Shown: positions 14,518-25,035 of the stretch, piece by piece
How the letters are laid out: every line of letters starts with the position of its first letter
How positions within the stretch are numbered: the first letter of the stretch is position 1
Source: a virus
Taxonomy: Duplodnaviria > Caudoviricetes
DNA: 32,313 bases
Direction: 5' to 3' (one strand)
IMG/VR virus record: IMGVR_UViG_3300005758_000618
Location: 1 to 32,313 of that record
Notes under the pieces: generated by a model
What the model saw: only the letters and a program-made list of their open reading frames with translations
What the model was told of the DNA's origin: nothing
Databases searched by the model: none
Program-made: the position numbers and the translations under genes

Positions 14518-17500
14518 TTATACTACATATTTGTAGTGTACAGTTGCTACCATGCTACCGGCTGTTACAACCGATGCTGTTGAGCCATCGCTCTGCTTGA
14601 ACTGTACCACAACACCCTGATTTCTTGTAAGTGTTGTATCACCATCAAGTTCAATAATATATGTACCTGCTGTACCTGCATCAGCATCATCTACTGCTAC
14701 AAGTGTTGTACCGCTACCGCCATTTTCCTTAACTAGGATGTGGTTGAAGCTGCCACCGCTAAATGCTGTGCTGACCTTGATTACAACCTTGTCAACATAG
14801 TATGTTCTAGCAGTTACGTTTGGTACAGTACCAATTGTAAAGCTGCTTGCGCTGCTATTGGCTGTGAATGTGCCGCGTAGCAACATTCCATCGCCGCCAT
14901 TGTTAGCAACGTAATCAGCTACCGCTGCTGATGTTGGGATTGTAGTATCGTTATCGTTATTAGCAATACCGTCAGCTTCGTTTACAAACTTAGTAACTGT
15001 AATGCTGTTACCAGTGTCAGTTAAGCTACCAAACGCAACATCGCCTGTTACAGCAAGGTTGCCACTGATTGTACCACTAGCGGCTGTTAAGTCACCTAGT
15101 GTTAAATCTTCTGTGCCTAGGCTCCATGTATTAGAAGGTGTATAAACGATCTGCTTCATGCTGCCACCAACGTTAGCTTCAAAGCCTACGTTAGCACCAG
15201 TTGTACCATTGCTGTTTACACGGAAGATTGCATCTGCTGTTTGAACAGTTGTTGATTCAACAATTGTTTGTGTACCCTGAACAGTTAAGTTACCTGTAAT
15301 GACTGCGTCACCGTTAACATTAACTGTGGCTGCGGTAATATCGTTTGATAGTAATGAGCCTGTTACGCTTAGATTGTTTGTAACTGTTAAGTTGTTGCCA
15401 ACAGTAACATCGTTTGGCAAGCCAATTGTTATAGTTTGACCGCTTACGCTTGTTTCAATTTCGTTAGCTGTACCAGCAACAGTTAATGTCTGACTGTCTA
15501 GGTCAACACTTGCTGTACCTGTATCACCAGCAATATCTAAGTTAGTTGCACCTAGTTGTGCATCAACGTAGCTCTTAACTGCGGCTGTTGTTGCTACTGA
15601 GGTATTGTTTGGTGTTGCAAATGTACCGTCTGTTGACCAATCAGTGATTGTTACGGCGCCATCATTTAGTCCACCAAATGCAACATTACCACTGAAGTTA
15701 CCATCAACTGCACCAGTTAGCGAACCACTTGATAATGTAGCTGTACCATCTTTTAGCGCACCTGCTTGTACATTACCGCTGAATGTTCCATGAACTGCAC
15801 TTGTGATGTTACCATCTTGAATTGTTAGTACACCATCTGTGAACGAATCAGCAGTCATTGAGCCGCTGATTGATACGTTTGGTGTTAGTGCAAATGTAAC
15901 GCTGTTATTACCAATTGTTGTTTCAATTTGGTTTGCTGTACCAGCAAAGTCTAGTACTTCGCCTACGTTAACTGTATCGTTAGCACCAACATCACCACTG
16001 ATATCAAAGCTAGTTGAAATTGTTACGTTGCTGGCTGCTGTTAAGCGACCTTGTGCATCAACAGTAATTTGTGGAATTTGTGTTGCACTACCAAATACAC
16101 CGGCAGTTACCGTTGTGTTATCTAGATCAACTGTTACGCTGTTATTAGCAACAGTTGTTGTTAAACCAACACCACCTGCAACAGTTAATGTTTCACCACC
16201 ATTGACTACGTCAGCAGTACCAGCATCAGCAGCAATTGTAAAGTTTGTTGCTACGCTGATGTTGCTTGCGCTTGTGATACGACCCTGTGCATCAACAGTA
16301 AACTGAGGAATATTTGCAGAATCACCATAAACACCTGCTGTTACCGCAGTATTATCCAAATCAACAGTAATTGTATTTGCTGTTACTGCGGTAGTTAAAC
16401 CAACACCACCTGCAACTGTTAGTGTTTCACTTAGTAAATCAATACCGTCTGTGCCACTATCGCCAGCAACATTTAGTGTTGTTGCAATGCTTACATTACT
16501 TGCAGCAGTTAAACGACCCTGTGCGTCAACAGTAAATGTTGCAATCTGGGTATTGCTACCGTATGTGCCAGCAGTTACCGCTGTGTTGTCTAGGTCAACT
16601 GTTACTGCATTAGCTGTAACGGCCGTTGTTAAACCAACTCCACCTAGTACACTTAGTGTCTCACCACCGTCAATTGTTGTTGTGCCTGAATCGCCTGCTA
16701 GATCAAAGTATGTTGAAATAGCAATATTGCTGGCTGCTGTAATACGACCCTTTGAGTCGACTGTAAATTGTGGAATATGAGTTGCATCACCATAAGTACC
16801 AGCAGTTACCGCAGTATTAGCTAGTGTTAGTGATAGGTCAACGTTGGCGTTACCCTGGTATGCTACTGCGCTAGCAGTTGCGTCACCTGATGCGCTAAAG
16901 TATGTTGTTGTGCTTAGGAAAGCTGCGCCACCTGAAACGTTACCAAAGATTGTGTCAACTTCAACGTTGGCTAGTGCAAAGGTAGTGTTTGATGTATCAA
17001 TGTATACACATGCATCTGGCTCTGGAACATACTTGTGGAAGAACTTGAATCGTCCGTCACTTGCATCGCGGAATAAACCAGCGTGTGCATAAGTGCCATC
17101 GTTGTAGTTACCAACGAAGCCTAAGTCTGGATTTGCAACATTACTGTTAGCATTCAAGTAGATCATGTTATCATCTACTTCAAGTGTTGTTACATTAAGT
17201 GTTACAACATTACCGCCAACTGTTAAGTTACCATCAATTTGTAAATCGCCATCAGCAGTAATGCTACCATTAGCATGTAGGTTACCGCTGATGATTGGAT
17301 TGTTTACTAGGCCAACTGTAATTGTATTATTTGTTACAGCGGTTTCAATTTCGTCTGCTGTGCCGCTAACAGTTAGTGTTTCACCAACATTAAATGTATC
17401 TGTACCACTGTCACCTGCAATACCAAAGCTGGTTGAAATGCTCACATTGCTTGCGCTTGTAATACGACCCTGTGCATCAACTGTTAACTGTGGAATATCT

Positions 17501-18636
17501 GTTGAACTACCATACACACCTGCTGTTACAGCGGTGTTATCTAAGTCAACTGTGATACTGTTGTTAGCGATGGTTGTTGTTAAACCAACACCACCTGAAA
17601 CTGATAATGTTTCACCACCGTTAACAGTATCTGTACCGCCAACATCACCGCTAATAACAAAGTTTGTTGCTACTGCAATATTGCTGGCTGCTGTAATACG
17701 ACCTTGTGCATCAACTGTAAATTGTGGAATATTTGTTGAACTACCGTATACACCTGCTGTTACAGCGGTGTTATCTAAGTCAACAGTAATTGTATTTGCT
17801 GTTACAGATGATGTTAAGCCAACTCCACCTAGTACACTTAATGTGTCGGTTAGTAGGTCAATGCCATCGGTGCCACTGTCGCCTGCAACATTTAGTGTTG
17901 TTGCAATTGAAATGTTACTTGCTGCTGTAATGCGACCCTTTGAGTCAACTGTAAACTGAGGAATATTTGTTGCGCTGCCGTATGTGCCTGCTGTCACTGC
18001 TGTATTAGCTAGTGTTAGCGATAGGTCTACGTTAGCATTGCCTTGATATGCTACTGCTGATGCACTTGCATCGCCGCTAGCACTGAAATAAGTTGTGGTT
18101 GTTAGGAACGCTGCACCACCAGTAATGTTACCAATAAATCCTGATGTTGCTTCAATCCATGTACCTGTAATATTAGCTGCACTAGATGCACCAATAACTG
18201 TACCGTTAATTGCGCCACCTGTGATTGCAACATTATTGTCTGCTTGAGTAGCAAGATTACCTAGGCCTAAGTTTGTTCTTGCATCAGGTGCAGTATTAGC
18301 ACCAGTACCGCCGTTAGTGATTGGGAGAATACCACTAACGAAACTGGCATTTGCTAGGTCAATGTTACCAACAGATGCAACACCGCCGGACCATTTTTGC
18401 ACGCCTGTTGAGCTGCTAAAGTCCTGCCCAGTACCACCATAAGCAGCACCAATAATGCTACCGTTCCAGGTACCTGAAGTAAGTGTACCAACTCGTAAAT
18501 CTTCTAAAGTGGTACCATCTGCTTGTGTTAGGTCAAACCTACCATTTGCGCTGTCGTATTTTAAGCGTCCACCGCTCTTGCCCATTTGGACATCTGCTGC
18601 CAAACCCTTAATACCAAAATTCTTAATATCAGCCAT
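14518..18636 (-). CDS. Large repeat-rich virion fibre/structural protein, 1372 aa
   Basis: Extremely T/G/S/V/N/A/D-rich, with seven copies of NT(A/T)VTAGx(Y/F)G...TVDxxGR(I/L)TxASN. Has a late-type promoter and a strong terminator. Confidence 0.8.
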   Translation of the reverse strand: MADIKNFGIKGLAADVQMGKSGGRLKYDSANGRFDLTQADGTTLEDLRVGTLTSGTWNGSIIGAAYGGTGQDFSSSTGVQKWSGGVASVGNIDLANASFVSGILPITNGGTGANTAPDARTNLGLGNLATQADNNVAITGGAINGTVIGASSAANITGTWIEATSGFIGNITGGAAFLTTTTYFSASGDASASAVAYQGNANVDLSLTLANTAVTAGTYGSATNIPQFTVDSKGRITAASNISIATTLNVAGDSGTDGIDLLTDTLSVLGGVGLTSSVTANTITVDLDNTAVTAGVYGSSTNIPQFTVDAQGRITAASNIAVATNFVISGDVGGTDTVNGGETLSVSGGVGLTTTIANNSITVDLDNTAVTAGVYGSSTDIPQLTVDAQGRITSASNVSISTSFGIAGDSGTDTFNVGETLTVSGTADEIETAVTNNTITVGLVNNPIISGNLHANGSITADGDLQIDGNLTVGGNVVTLNVTTLEVDDNMIYLNANSNVANPDLGFVGNYNDGTYAHAGLFRDASDGRFKFFHKYVPEPDACVYIDTSNTTFALANVEVDTIFGNVSGGAAFLSTTTYFSASGDATASAVAYQGNANVDLSLTLANTAVTAGTYGDATHIPQFTVDSKGRITAASNIAISTYFDLAGDSGTTTIDGGETLSVLGGVGLTTAVTANAVTVDLDNTAVTAGTYGSNTQIATFTVDAQGRLTAASNVSIATTLNVAGDSGTDGIDLLSETLTVAGGVGLTTAVTANTITVDLDNTAVTAGVYGDSANIPQFTVDAQGRITSASNISVATNFTIAADAGTADVVNGGETLTVAGGVGLTTTVANNSVTVDLDNTTVTAGVFGSATQIPQITVDAQGRLTAASNVTISTSFDISGDVGANDTVNVGEVLDFAGTANQIETTIGNNSVTFALTPNVSISGSMTADSFTDGVLTIQDGNITSAVHGTFSGNVQAGALKDGTATLSSGSLTGAVDGNFSGNVAFGGLNDGAVTITDWSTDGTFATPNNTSVATTAAVKSYVDAQLGATNLDIAGDTGTASVDLDSQTLTVAGTANEIETSVSGQTITIGLPNDVTVGNNLTVTNNLSVTGSLLSNDITAATVNVNGDAVITGNLTVQGTQTIVESTTVQTADAIFRVNSNGTTGANVGFEANVGGSMKQIVYTPSNTWSLGTEDLTLGDLTAASGTISGNLAVTGDVAFGSLTDTGNSITVTKFVNEADGIANNDNDTTIPTSAAVADYVANNGGDGMLLRGTFTANSSASSFTIGTVPNVTARTYYVDKVVIKVSTAFSGGSFNHILVKENGGSGTTLVAVDDADAGTAGTYIIELDGDTTLTRNQGVVVQFKQSDGSTASVVTAGSMVATVHYKYVV
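15930..18120 (-). repeat. Intragenic ~78-aa tandem repeats arranged in two duplicated blocks (3+4 units)
   Basis: Each block begins GGAAFLxTTTYFSASGDAxASAVAYQGNANVDLSLTLANTAVTAGTYG (near 18120 and 16932). Boundaries are approximate. Confidence 0.85.
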
Positions 18637-18678
18637 TTGTGACTCTCCCAGATCTTTTCAGTAAGTTGCTGTTCTGTT

Positions 18679-18686
18679 TATTTATC
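18679..18686 (-). promoter_or_regulatory. Late-type promoter motif GATAAATA
   Basis: TGATAAATA in the 55-nt gap upstream of the 1372-aa gene, followed by a GGGAG Shine-Dalgarno. Confidence 0.7.
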
Positions 18687-18691
18687 AATAA

Positions 18692-20722
18692 TTAGACATA
18701 AGTCAGCTTTACAGTTACATTGCCTGCTGAAGCTCTGTAATGGTTGCATCGCACACGAATTTGTAAATCTTGTGTATTTGATGCAGGATATACATATTCT
18801 GGATTTACATAAAATTCTGTATTTTCCGTTAAATCATTTGTGGTTGCGTTAACAAATAGCGAAGCATTTGATATAGTTCCAACCTCAATATTAGGTATAA
18901 TATTTCCTATATACCCACTAAACGGTGTATGCACTTCAAAACTTACACTGGTAATCTTACGTCCTGGACTTATATTTCCTAGTGTATTTGTAGTACTATT
19001 GCCAAAACCTACCACAGGCATAGTAAATGTTGTGGTCATTGTCTTAGCATCTGTGGTTGCACTATCTGAGTTAGCAACCTGTACCCAGGCGCTACCGTTA
19101 TAAACGTAAAGACCCCATTCACCGTTACCTGCATTTAATACATATGCTTGATCGCCTGTTTGTGGATTTAATGCATCGCGAGCTGCAATGTTTGCTACTA
19201 CGCTGGTTCCTGCACTACGCAAACCACGTTCAATATTCATTGCTAATGGGTACATGCCGTTATGGCCGCTGGCTACACCTGTGCCTACACGGAAAAACTC
19301 AGTGCCTTCATAGATTAGAATTTCGCCACCATCTGATCTTGATAGCTTTAGTTTTCTAGCACCTGTTGCACTAGTTGATGCCGGCAATCCCGAAACATTG
19401 CTAGGCCCAACAAAGAAATATCCAGTGGTGTCTGCATTAGCATTTGTAATTGTAATAGCATTGCCATTTAATTCGGTTAATGTTAATTCAGTAGAAGTAG
19501 CAGTAGCAGTTAGATTAGCAATATTTGCAGCATTAATATCCACAGCCATATCAGCTGAAATAGAAACTGGTGCACCAAATGCTGCTGAACCTGCTACATT
19601 AGTTGTAAAATTAACAAGTGTATTACCGCTGCCTGTATTAATATATGCGCTGAATGGCACAAATCCGCCAACAAGACCGTAAATTGTATTAGCAGCATCG
19701 CTGGTAATTACAGTTGAAGTTGGTACGCTGCTTGCAACCACGTAGTGATTACTGGTGTTTGCATTAATAGTTGCAACCATTTGATTAACATTGGCATTAG
19801 CACCACCTGTGCCGGCAAAGGTAACCAGCACACCGTTTAATGCAATTTGGTGACCATCGGGTACTGTGGGATTGTTAACTGTTCCTTCTATTTCTGTAGC
19901 AATAGCGTCTTGAATTTTTAAGAAAACAATCTTACCTGTGGTATTACTAGCGGTCAAATCACCGTCAGTATCTAAATAGATATAATCTCCTTGGCTTCCA
20001 GGGATGCTAGGCTCAAAGTCAATGATACGATTGTTTGGCGAGATCATGAAGAAGTTTGGACCCGGGCCTGTTTCAATCACGGTACCAATCATTTTATCCA
20101 TTGTGGTTGTGTTTGCTACAACGAATCCAGAGGCGGTAACGGCAATAACATCGCCTTTACTAAATCCATGACTTTCTTGTTCTAACACATAGTTTAACAA
20201 CGGATTCAAATATTGAAAGCGGCTCATTACCGTTGGATAAAAGTCTGTGCTTACTATACCCGGTAATGGATCAAGTAAAGGTAAGCCGTTTTCGTTGAGG
20301 CTAAAAACAACAGCGGCCCCGGTATTGAAAATACCATTACCTGTTGCGCTTTTAAATGTATTATATCGTAGCCAATCTTCAACTATACAAGTAACTGTAT
20401 TTGCTGTCTTTGATGTAATGCTTACAATCTTAAGACACTGACCGCTAGTTGCACCTGCGATCCAATCGCCTACTACAATGTCTAATCCATTGTAGGTAAA
20501 ATCATCTCTTGTTAGGTGACTGCCATGGTTCTGTGCTGTGACGCTAAATGTAACGGTCCAGCGATAATATTTTTTTGTGCCCGCACCCGAATACCACAGG
20601 TCACCGGAACCATTTGCATAGTCCCAATAGCTTTCTCCTGTAATTGTAGACACAGAAACAGGAAGAACTTTGTTGGGAACATTTAATCTAATTTGACTAG
20701 ATTTGTAATTAATTAACGCCAT
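18692..20722 (-). CDS. Virion structural protein, 676 aa
   Basis: T/G/N-rich and situated between two fibre genes. The C-terminal domain (GNISPGRKITSVSFEVHTPFSG...VKLTYV) resembles that of the 1372-aa protein. Confidence 0.7.
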   Translation of the reverse strand: MALINYKSSQIRLNVPNKVLPVSVSTITGESYWDYANGSGDLWYSGAGTKKYYRWTVTFSVTAQNHGSHLTRDDFTYNGLDIVVGDWIAGATSGQCLKIVSITSKTANTVTCIVEDWLRYNTFKSATGNGIFNTGAAVVFSLNENGLPLLDPLPGIVSTDFYPTVMSRFQYLNPLLNYVLEQESHGFSKGDVIAVTASGFVVANTTTMDKMIGTVIETGPGPNFFMISPNNRIIDFEPSIPGSQGDYIYLDTDGDLTASNTTGKIVFLKIQDAIATEIEGTVNNPTVPDGHQIALNGVLVTFAGTGGANANVNQMVATINANTSNHYVVASSVPTSTVITSDAANTIYGLVGGFVPFSAYINTGSGNTLVNFTTNVAGSAAFGAPVSISADMAVDINAANIANLTATATSTELTLTELNGNAITITNANADTTGYFFVGPSNVSGLPASTSATGARKLKLSRSDGGEILIYEGTEFFRVGTGVASGHNGMYPLAMNIERGLRSAGTSVVANIAARDALNPQTGDQAYVLNAGNGEWGLYVYNGSAWVQVANSDSATTDAKTMTTTFTMPVVGFGNSTTNTLGNISPGRKITSVSFEVHTPFSGYIGNIIPNIEVGTISNASLFVNATTNDLTENTEFYVNPEYVYPASNTQDLQIRVRCNHYRASAGNVTVKLTYV

Positions 20723-20730
20723 GTTAATCC

Positions 20731-23700
20731 TTAATCATACATCACAAACTGGATCCAAGCATGGGTAGTAGTACCAAACGAACGACTTGCTCCTGTTTCT
20801 GTTTCTCTGAGTTTCAACTTCACTACAGTATTGCTGGTAGCACCGTCAAACGCTGTTGGCGAACCTGCTGAACCACCACCTGGTATTTCTCTTTGGCCCA
20901 TTGTGGTTTCTAAATGTGAAATCAAATATTTGTTATTAGCTCTATCGTAACCGTACAGCATAATTGATCCTGGCGGATAATAATAACCACTGAATGTAAT
21001 AGTACATTCACCACCACTGGCGCTGTCAATAGTAACTGACGCAATGCCTGCTGTTAGGTTGCTGGTACTAGCCAGTGTTCCTGTTGTGCTGTAATTAAGT
21101 TTAAATCGTTGTATTGTGGCACCACTACCACCGCCACCACCACCGCCACTTACAGCAACGTTGCTGACGCTGGTTACACGACCGTAGGTATCTACTGTGA
21201 TTTGTGGTATTAATGTTGCGCTACCATATGTTTTAGCACCGGTTGTAACAATGCCGCTGGTCAATGCAATATTATCAGCGTTAACAGTAATACCTGCACC
21301 AGCACCTACATTGAGTGTAACTGTGCCAGTTGTACCACCATCAATTAAACCGTTGCCTGCTGTTACACCTTCAATATCGCCCGGGCCGCCCGCACTAATT
21401 GCAATATTACTTACGCCAGTGATTCTACCATAGGTGTCAACTGTGAACTGCGGCATTGAGGTAGCATTACCATAAGTACCTGCTGTTACACCGCTAGTAC
21501 CTAAACTTAATGTTACTGCACCACTAGCACCACCACCACTTAATCCTGTTCCTGCTGTAACGCCAGTAATATCGCCTGTACCATCAGCGCCGCGAACATT
21601 ACCAGCATCAATAATTGATGAATTGCTTAAGGTAATAATTAAGTTGCCATTACCATTAACTGTAGCAGTAGAAACATTTACACCGTTAGTACCTGCTGTT
21701 CCTTGCGGACCTCGAATATTACCAACGTCTTGTGTTGATGTATTACTGTAGTTAAGAACTAAGTTGCTGCCTACTAGGCTTACACTTGTAATGCCTGTGC
21801 CTGCTGTACCTTGATCGCCTTGTGGACCTTTAACGTTACCAGCATTGATATATGTGCCGTTAACTAATCCTATGATTAGGTTATTGTTGCCTGCTACTGT
21901 AGCATTAGCGATACCTGCATTACCATCACCAGCTAGACCCTGAATACCTTGTGGGCCACGGACATTACCGGCATCAATTATTGATGAGTTGCTTAGAGTA
22001 ATAATTAAGTTGTTAGTTGAAATTGATGCGTTGCTTACAAATACACCGTCAGTACCACGAACATTACCAACATTAATTGTGGCAGCATTGCTTAGTGTTA
22101 GAATTAAATTACCGTTTGCAGCTACAGAACCTGATGATACACTTACACCTGTGTTACCCTGAATACCTTGCTGACCAATAACACTTGATAGGTTAACGTT
22201 TGAACCATCATATAACAAGTATGTATTTGAAGCTAGGCTCATTGTAGGTCTATTTGCTAGACTTGAATGGTTGCCTGTGAATGCTACTGTTGCGAGTGTA
22301 GCATTGCTATTGTTTAGAGCATTAGCAATTTCGTTTAGCGTATCTAATGCGGCAGGAGCGCCAGCAGTAAGGTTATTAATTTGAGTAGTTACATATGATT
22401 GTGTAGCATAGCCGTTGGTGCTTAGGTATGCAGCAACATTTGAGTTGCCATAGTTACCAGCAGCATTTGCTAAACCTGCATCAACATATGCCTTCATATT
22501 TGTATTGGCTGTGTTGACATAGGTCTGTGTAGCATAACCATTAGCAGTTAGGTATGCAGCAACATTTGAGTTGCCATAGTTACCAGCAACATTGCCCAAT
22601 GCAGATGTTAGGTTAACTGAACTATTGCTACCACTAATTGTAATAATATTACCGTTTAAGCTCAATGTTTGAGCATCAGTATCTGAATCTTTTAGTACAC
22701 TTAGGTTAACTGAATTGCCGCTGCTAATAGACAGCACATAAGTTGAAGCATTCCAACTTAAACTTTGAGTCACACCAGAAATGTTTGCTGGTGTAAAAGT
22801 AAACACACCAGTTGTATTGTTATATGACAGCGCACCGTTACCGCTAGGTGTAGCAGTAGTTACGCTGAAATCAGTTAAACTTAGGTTGCTGTTGCCTGCG
22901 CCACCACCGCCAGTCATGTTACCTGCAACGAATGTGTTGCTAGAACTATTCCAAATTAATACTTGACCGTTTGCAATGCCTGTTGTATCAACATCATTTA
23001 GATCTGATAAGTTAATTGTCCCCACATCAGCAGAGAATGTAATAGTATCAGCGTTGGCCTGTGTGGTAATTGACATACCCGGGCCAGCAACTAGTGTTAG
23101 ATTATCTTCTGATCTATCAGCACCAACTGTGGTTTGACCCGCTACAAGGATATTAGCGAATCCAAGCGATGTGCCACCGCCACCTCCTGTGCCTGATACT
23201 GCTACAGCATCAATGTTTTGAATTCTACCATAGGTGTCAACTGTGATTCTTGGAACAAGAGTAGCATTACCATAAGTACCTGCTGTTACGCCTGTAGCAA
23301 CAAGATTAAGAAGTGCATTTGAATTATTGCCAGTTCCGCCTACAACACTAATTTGCCCTGCTGTGCCCACAACATTGCCCACAAATGGATTGGTGATTGT
23401 TGTGGCCTGTGTAGCAGTAATTAGTGTAGGTGTTACACTGGTAATTTGACCTTTGCTGTTTACAGTAAAGATTGGAACATAACTTGAGTTACCCCAAGTA
23501 CCAGAAACATTTGCAATATCTGTGATATAAACACCGTTGGTGTTTGAAGTTAAGCCGCCACCTGCTCCAGCTACAACATTAAGAGTTAGCGCACTTTTAC
23601 TGATACCGTTTCCGGCGCTGTAAACATCAAGCGAACCTGGGCGCCATTGTCCTGCTGCTGAACTATAAATTAGCGCCTGGCCGCCGCTGGGCAAATATGC

Positions 23701-23847
23701 GCCACTGGTTTGAACATCACTTAAATCATCAAGCTCTGCGCCAGCAAAGGAAATCCCGGTTTCGTTAGCGTTAACGCGAAGAAATGTTAACGCCTTGCCG
23801 GAATAATCAGAGGGGGTATCGTTTAACTCAATTAATGTATTAGCCAT
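20731..23847 (-). CDS. Fibre protein with collagen-like and tail-fibre repeats, 1038 aa
   Basis: Short Gly-X-Y runs (GPQGIQG, GPQGDQG) alternate with five NL(I/V)xxxxN...GN(V/I)(R/K)G units. Also four T(Y/W)G...TV(D/N)xxG(R/Q) fibre motifs, LxDLxDV and LDTLNEIANAL motifs. Confidence 0.82.
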   Translation of the reverse strand: MANTLIELNDTPSDYSGKALTFLRVNANETGISFAGAELDDLSDVQTSGAYLPSGGQALIYSSAAGQWRPGSLDVYSAGNGISKSALTLNVVAGAGGGLTSNTNGVYITDIANVSGTWGNSSYVPIFTVNSKGQITSVTPTLITATQATTITNPFVGNVVGTAGQISVVGGTGNNSNALLNLVATGVTAGTYGNATLVPRITVDTYGRIQNIDAVAVSGTGGGGGTSLGFANILVAGQTTVGADRSEDNLTLVAGPGMSITTQANADTITFSADVGTINLSDLNDVDTTGIANGQVLIWNSSSNTFVAGNMTGGGGAGNSNLSLTDFSVTTATPSGNGALSYNNTTGVFTFTPANISGVTQSLSWNASTYVLSISSGNSVNLSVLKDSDTDAQTLSLNGNIITISGSNSSVNLTSALGNVAGNYGNSNVAAYLTANGYATQTYVNTANTNMKAYVDAGLANAAGNYGNSNVAAYLSTNGYATQSYVTTQINNLTAGAPAALDTLNEIANALNNSNATLATVAFTGNHSSLANRPTMSLASNTYLLYDGSNVNLSSVIGQQGIQGNTGVSVSSGSVAANGNLILTLSNAATINVGNVRGTDGVFVSNASISTNNLIITLSNSSIIDAGNVRGPQGIQGLAGDGNAGIANATVAGNNNLIIGLVNGTYINAGNVKGPQGDQGTAGTGITSVSLVGSNLVLNYSNTSTQDVGNIRGPQGTAGTNGVNVSTATVNGNGNLIITLSNSSIIDAGNVRGADGTGDITGVTAGTGLSGGGASGAVTLSLGTSGVTAGTYGNATSMPQFTVDTYGRITGVSNIAISAGGPGDIEGVTAGNGLIDGGTTGTVTLNVGAGAGITVNADNIALTSGIVTTGAKTYGSATLIPQITVDTYGRVTSVSNVAVSGGGGGGGSGATIQRFKLNYSTTGTLASTSNLTAGIASVTIDSASGGECTITFSGYYYPPGSIMLYGYDRANNKYLISHLETTMGQREIPGGGSAGSPTAFDGATSNTVVKLKLRETETGASRSFGTTTHAWIQFVMYD
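22422..22588. repeat. Exact 41-bp direct repeat (22422-22462 and 22548-22588)
   Basis: ttaggtatgcagcaacatttgagttgccatagttaccagca occurs twice, 126 bp apart, encoding AGNYGNSNVAAYL. Confidence 0.9.
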
Positions 23848-23890
23848 CGTTGTTCCTACCAGCAGTGATATCTAAGCTGTTATTAACAAC

Positions 23891-23898
23891 TATTTATC
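23891..23898 (-). promoter_or_regulatory. Late-type promoter motif GATAAATA
   Basis: TGATAAATA upstream of the 1038-aa fibre gene. Confidence 0.7.
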
Positions 23899-23901
23899 AC
23901 T

Positions 23902-24315
23902 TTAGCTTGATAGGATAACTCTGCTAATTTGACCGTAGGAAGGATCGTATGTGGCGCCGTCGCCCACATGCTCACGGTCCATATAAACTCTAATAAATGT
24001 AAAGTTACCGCTGAAACTGTAGGCTTCACTGCCCTGTGCAGGATCGTTAGCATTGAACTGCACAAAACCACCTTCGTTAAAAGATGTGCCTAGAGTGTCT
24101 GACGGTACAATATCAAACCAATCATCTACGCCTGGTTCAAGAGACAGGGTAGCTTGTAATCTCAAACGTCCCACATATTGATTATATGTAACTTGGATTG
24201 TATGAAAACCATCGGTATAGCCGTAATAACTATCACCCTTTACTTCCATAGAGTATTTGTTCATTTCGGTGCCAGTTGCACTCAAAATAGTTACACTTCG
24301 ACGGTTGATGCTCAT
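23902..24315 (-). CDS. Conserved phage protein, probably structural
   Basis: 137-aa beta-rich ORF (KGDSYYGYTDGFHT...WFDI...FSGNFTFIR) preceded by GATAAATA. Confidence 0.65.
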   Translation of the reverse strand: MSINRRSVTILSATGTEMNKYSMEVKGDSYYGYTDGFHTIQVTYNQYVGRLRLQATLSLEPGVDDWFDIVPSDTLGTSFNEGGFVQFNANDPAQGSEAYSFSGNFTFIRVYMDREHVGDGATYDPSYGQISRVILSS

Positions 24316-24339
24316 TTAAAATCCCCTGGTCCTTTTAAG

Positions 24340-24347
24340 TATTTATC
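24340..24347 (-). promoter_or_regulatory. Late-type promoter motif GATAAATA
   Basis: TGATAAATA overlapping the TGA stop of the upstream gene. Confidence 0.65.
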
Positions 24348-25035
24348 ATTTTTGATAGAGTATACATTTGGTGATACGAAAGATCCAGTTATTGTGCATC
24401 ATTTTTAGAAATGGATAGTATTGATGAAACTCATCTAATTTGGTATAAAACTCTACGCTGCTATATCCTGCAGGGTACAGATTATTAATTTTTATTGCAT
24501 CTTCGGGTATACTGTCCTTTAGTGCTGTTAATAATTCTGTATGTAGTGCATTACGATCTTCTTTTTTTAGATTTATCGTTGATCTATAGGGCATAAATGC
24601 ATAAACTTTTGCGTCATATTTGTTATACCAATAAGACGATCTAGGCTCAACATGATACTCTCTAGCCCGCAATAGCTTATAATGTTCCTCATTGATCGGC
24701 CCAGTTACATGTTTTACAAACTGCGGAAACTTTGCTAATAACAATTTAAAATCTTCATAGGACCTCAAGTAACAAAGAATTTCTAAAATATTATTCTTTA
24801 TTGACCTGAAAGAACATTTTGATTCTAAATCATTTTTAGCAACAGCATACAGCTCATCTAGCAGTTTAAAGTATGCATCTAGATCAGATCTGTTTTCCTT
24901 GTAGGGACTAGCATCAAATACAATTTTATATGTATATGTATTATAATAAATTGTCTGGCTAGGTATTACTTTAAACTGCTTAGATTCATCACCTAAGACT
25001 TCAACGTTAGGATGTAAATTTAAATTCCGAGTCAT
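24346..25035 (-). CDS. Hypothetical protein
   Basis: Long open frame (track 24346-25071). The ATG at 25035 (MTRNLNL) is preferred because it reduces the overlap with clpA to 29 nt; the start is uncertain. Confidence 0.65.
   Translation of the reverse strand: MTRNLNLHPNVEVLGDESKQFKVIPSQTIYYNTYTYKIVFDASPYKENRSDLDAYFKLLDELYAVAKNDLESKCSFRSIKNNILEILCYLRSYEDFKLLLAKFPQFVKHVTGPINEEHYKLLRAREYHVEPRSSYWYNKYDAKVYAFMPYRSTINLKKEDRNALHTELLTALKDSIPEDAIKINNLYPAGYSSVEFYTKLDEFHQYYPFLKMMHNNWIFRITKCILYQK

Noticed and set aside
15930-18120. Regularly spaced repeats as a possible CRISPR array or DGR template/variable pair
   Set aside because: The repeats are in-frame, degenerate at third codon positions and about 234 bp in period. 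No cas or reverse transcriptase gene is present, and I saw no adenine-specific mismatch pattern.
15605-22966. Many long plus-strand ORFs (up to 264 aa) opposite the fibre genes
   Set aside because: These are antisense shadows. The T/V/A/G/N-rich coding strand rarely places TTA, CTA or TCA in that register, so stops are scarce, and the ORFs simply mirror the repeats.
23883-24408. Alternative ORFs 23883-24071 (-) and 24178-24408 (+)
   Set aside because: They overlap the better-supported 137-aa gene, which has its own late motif.
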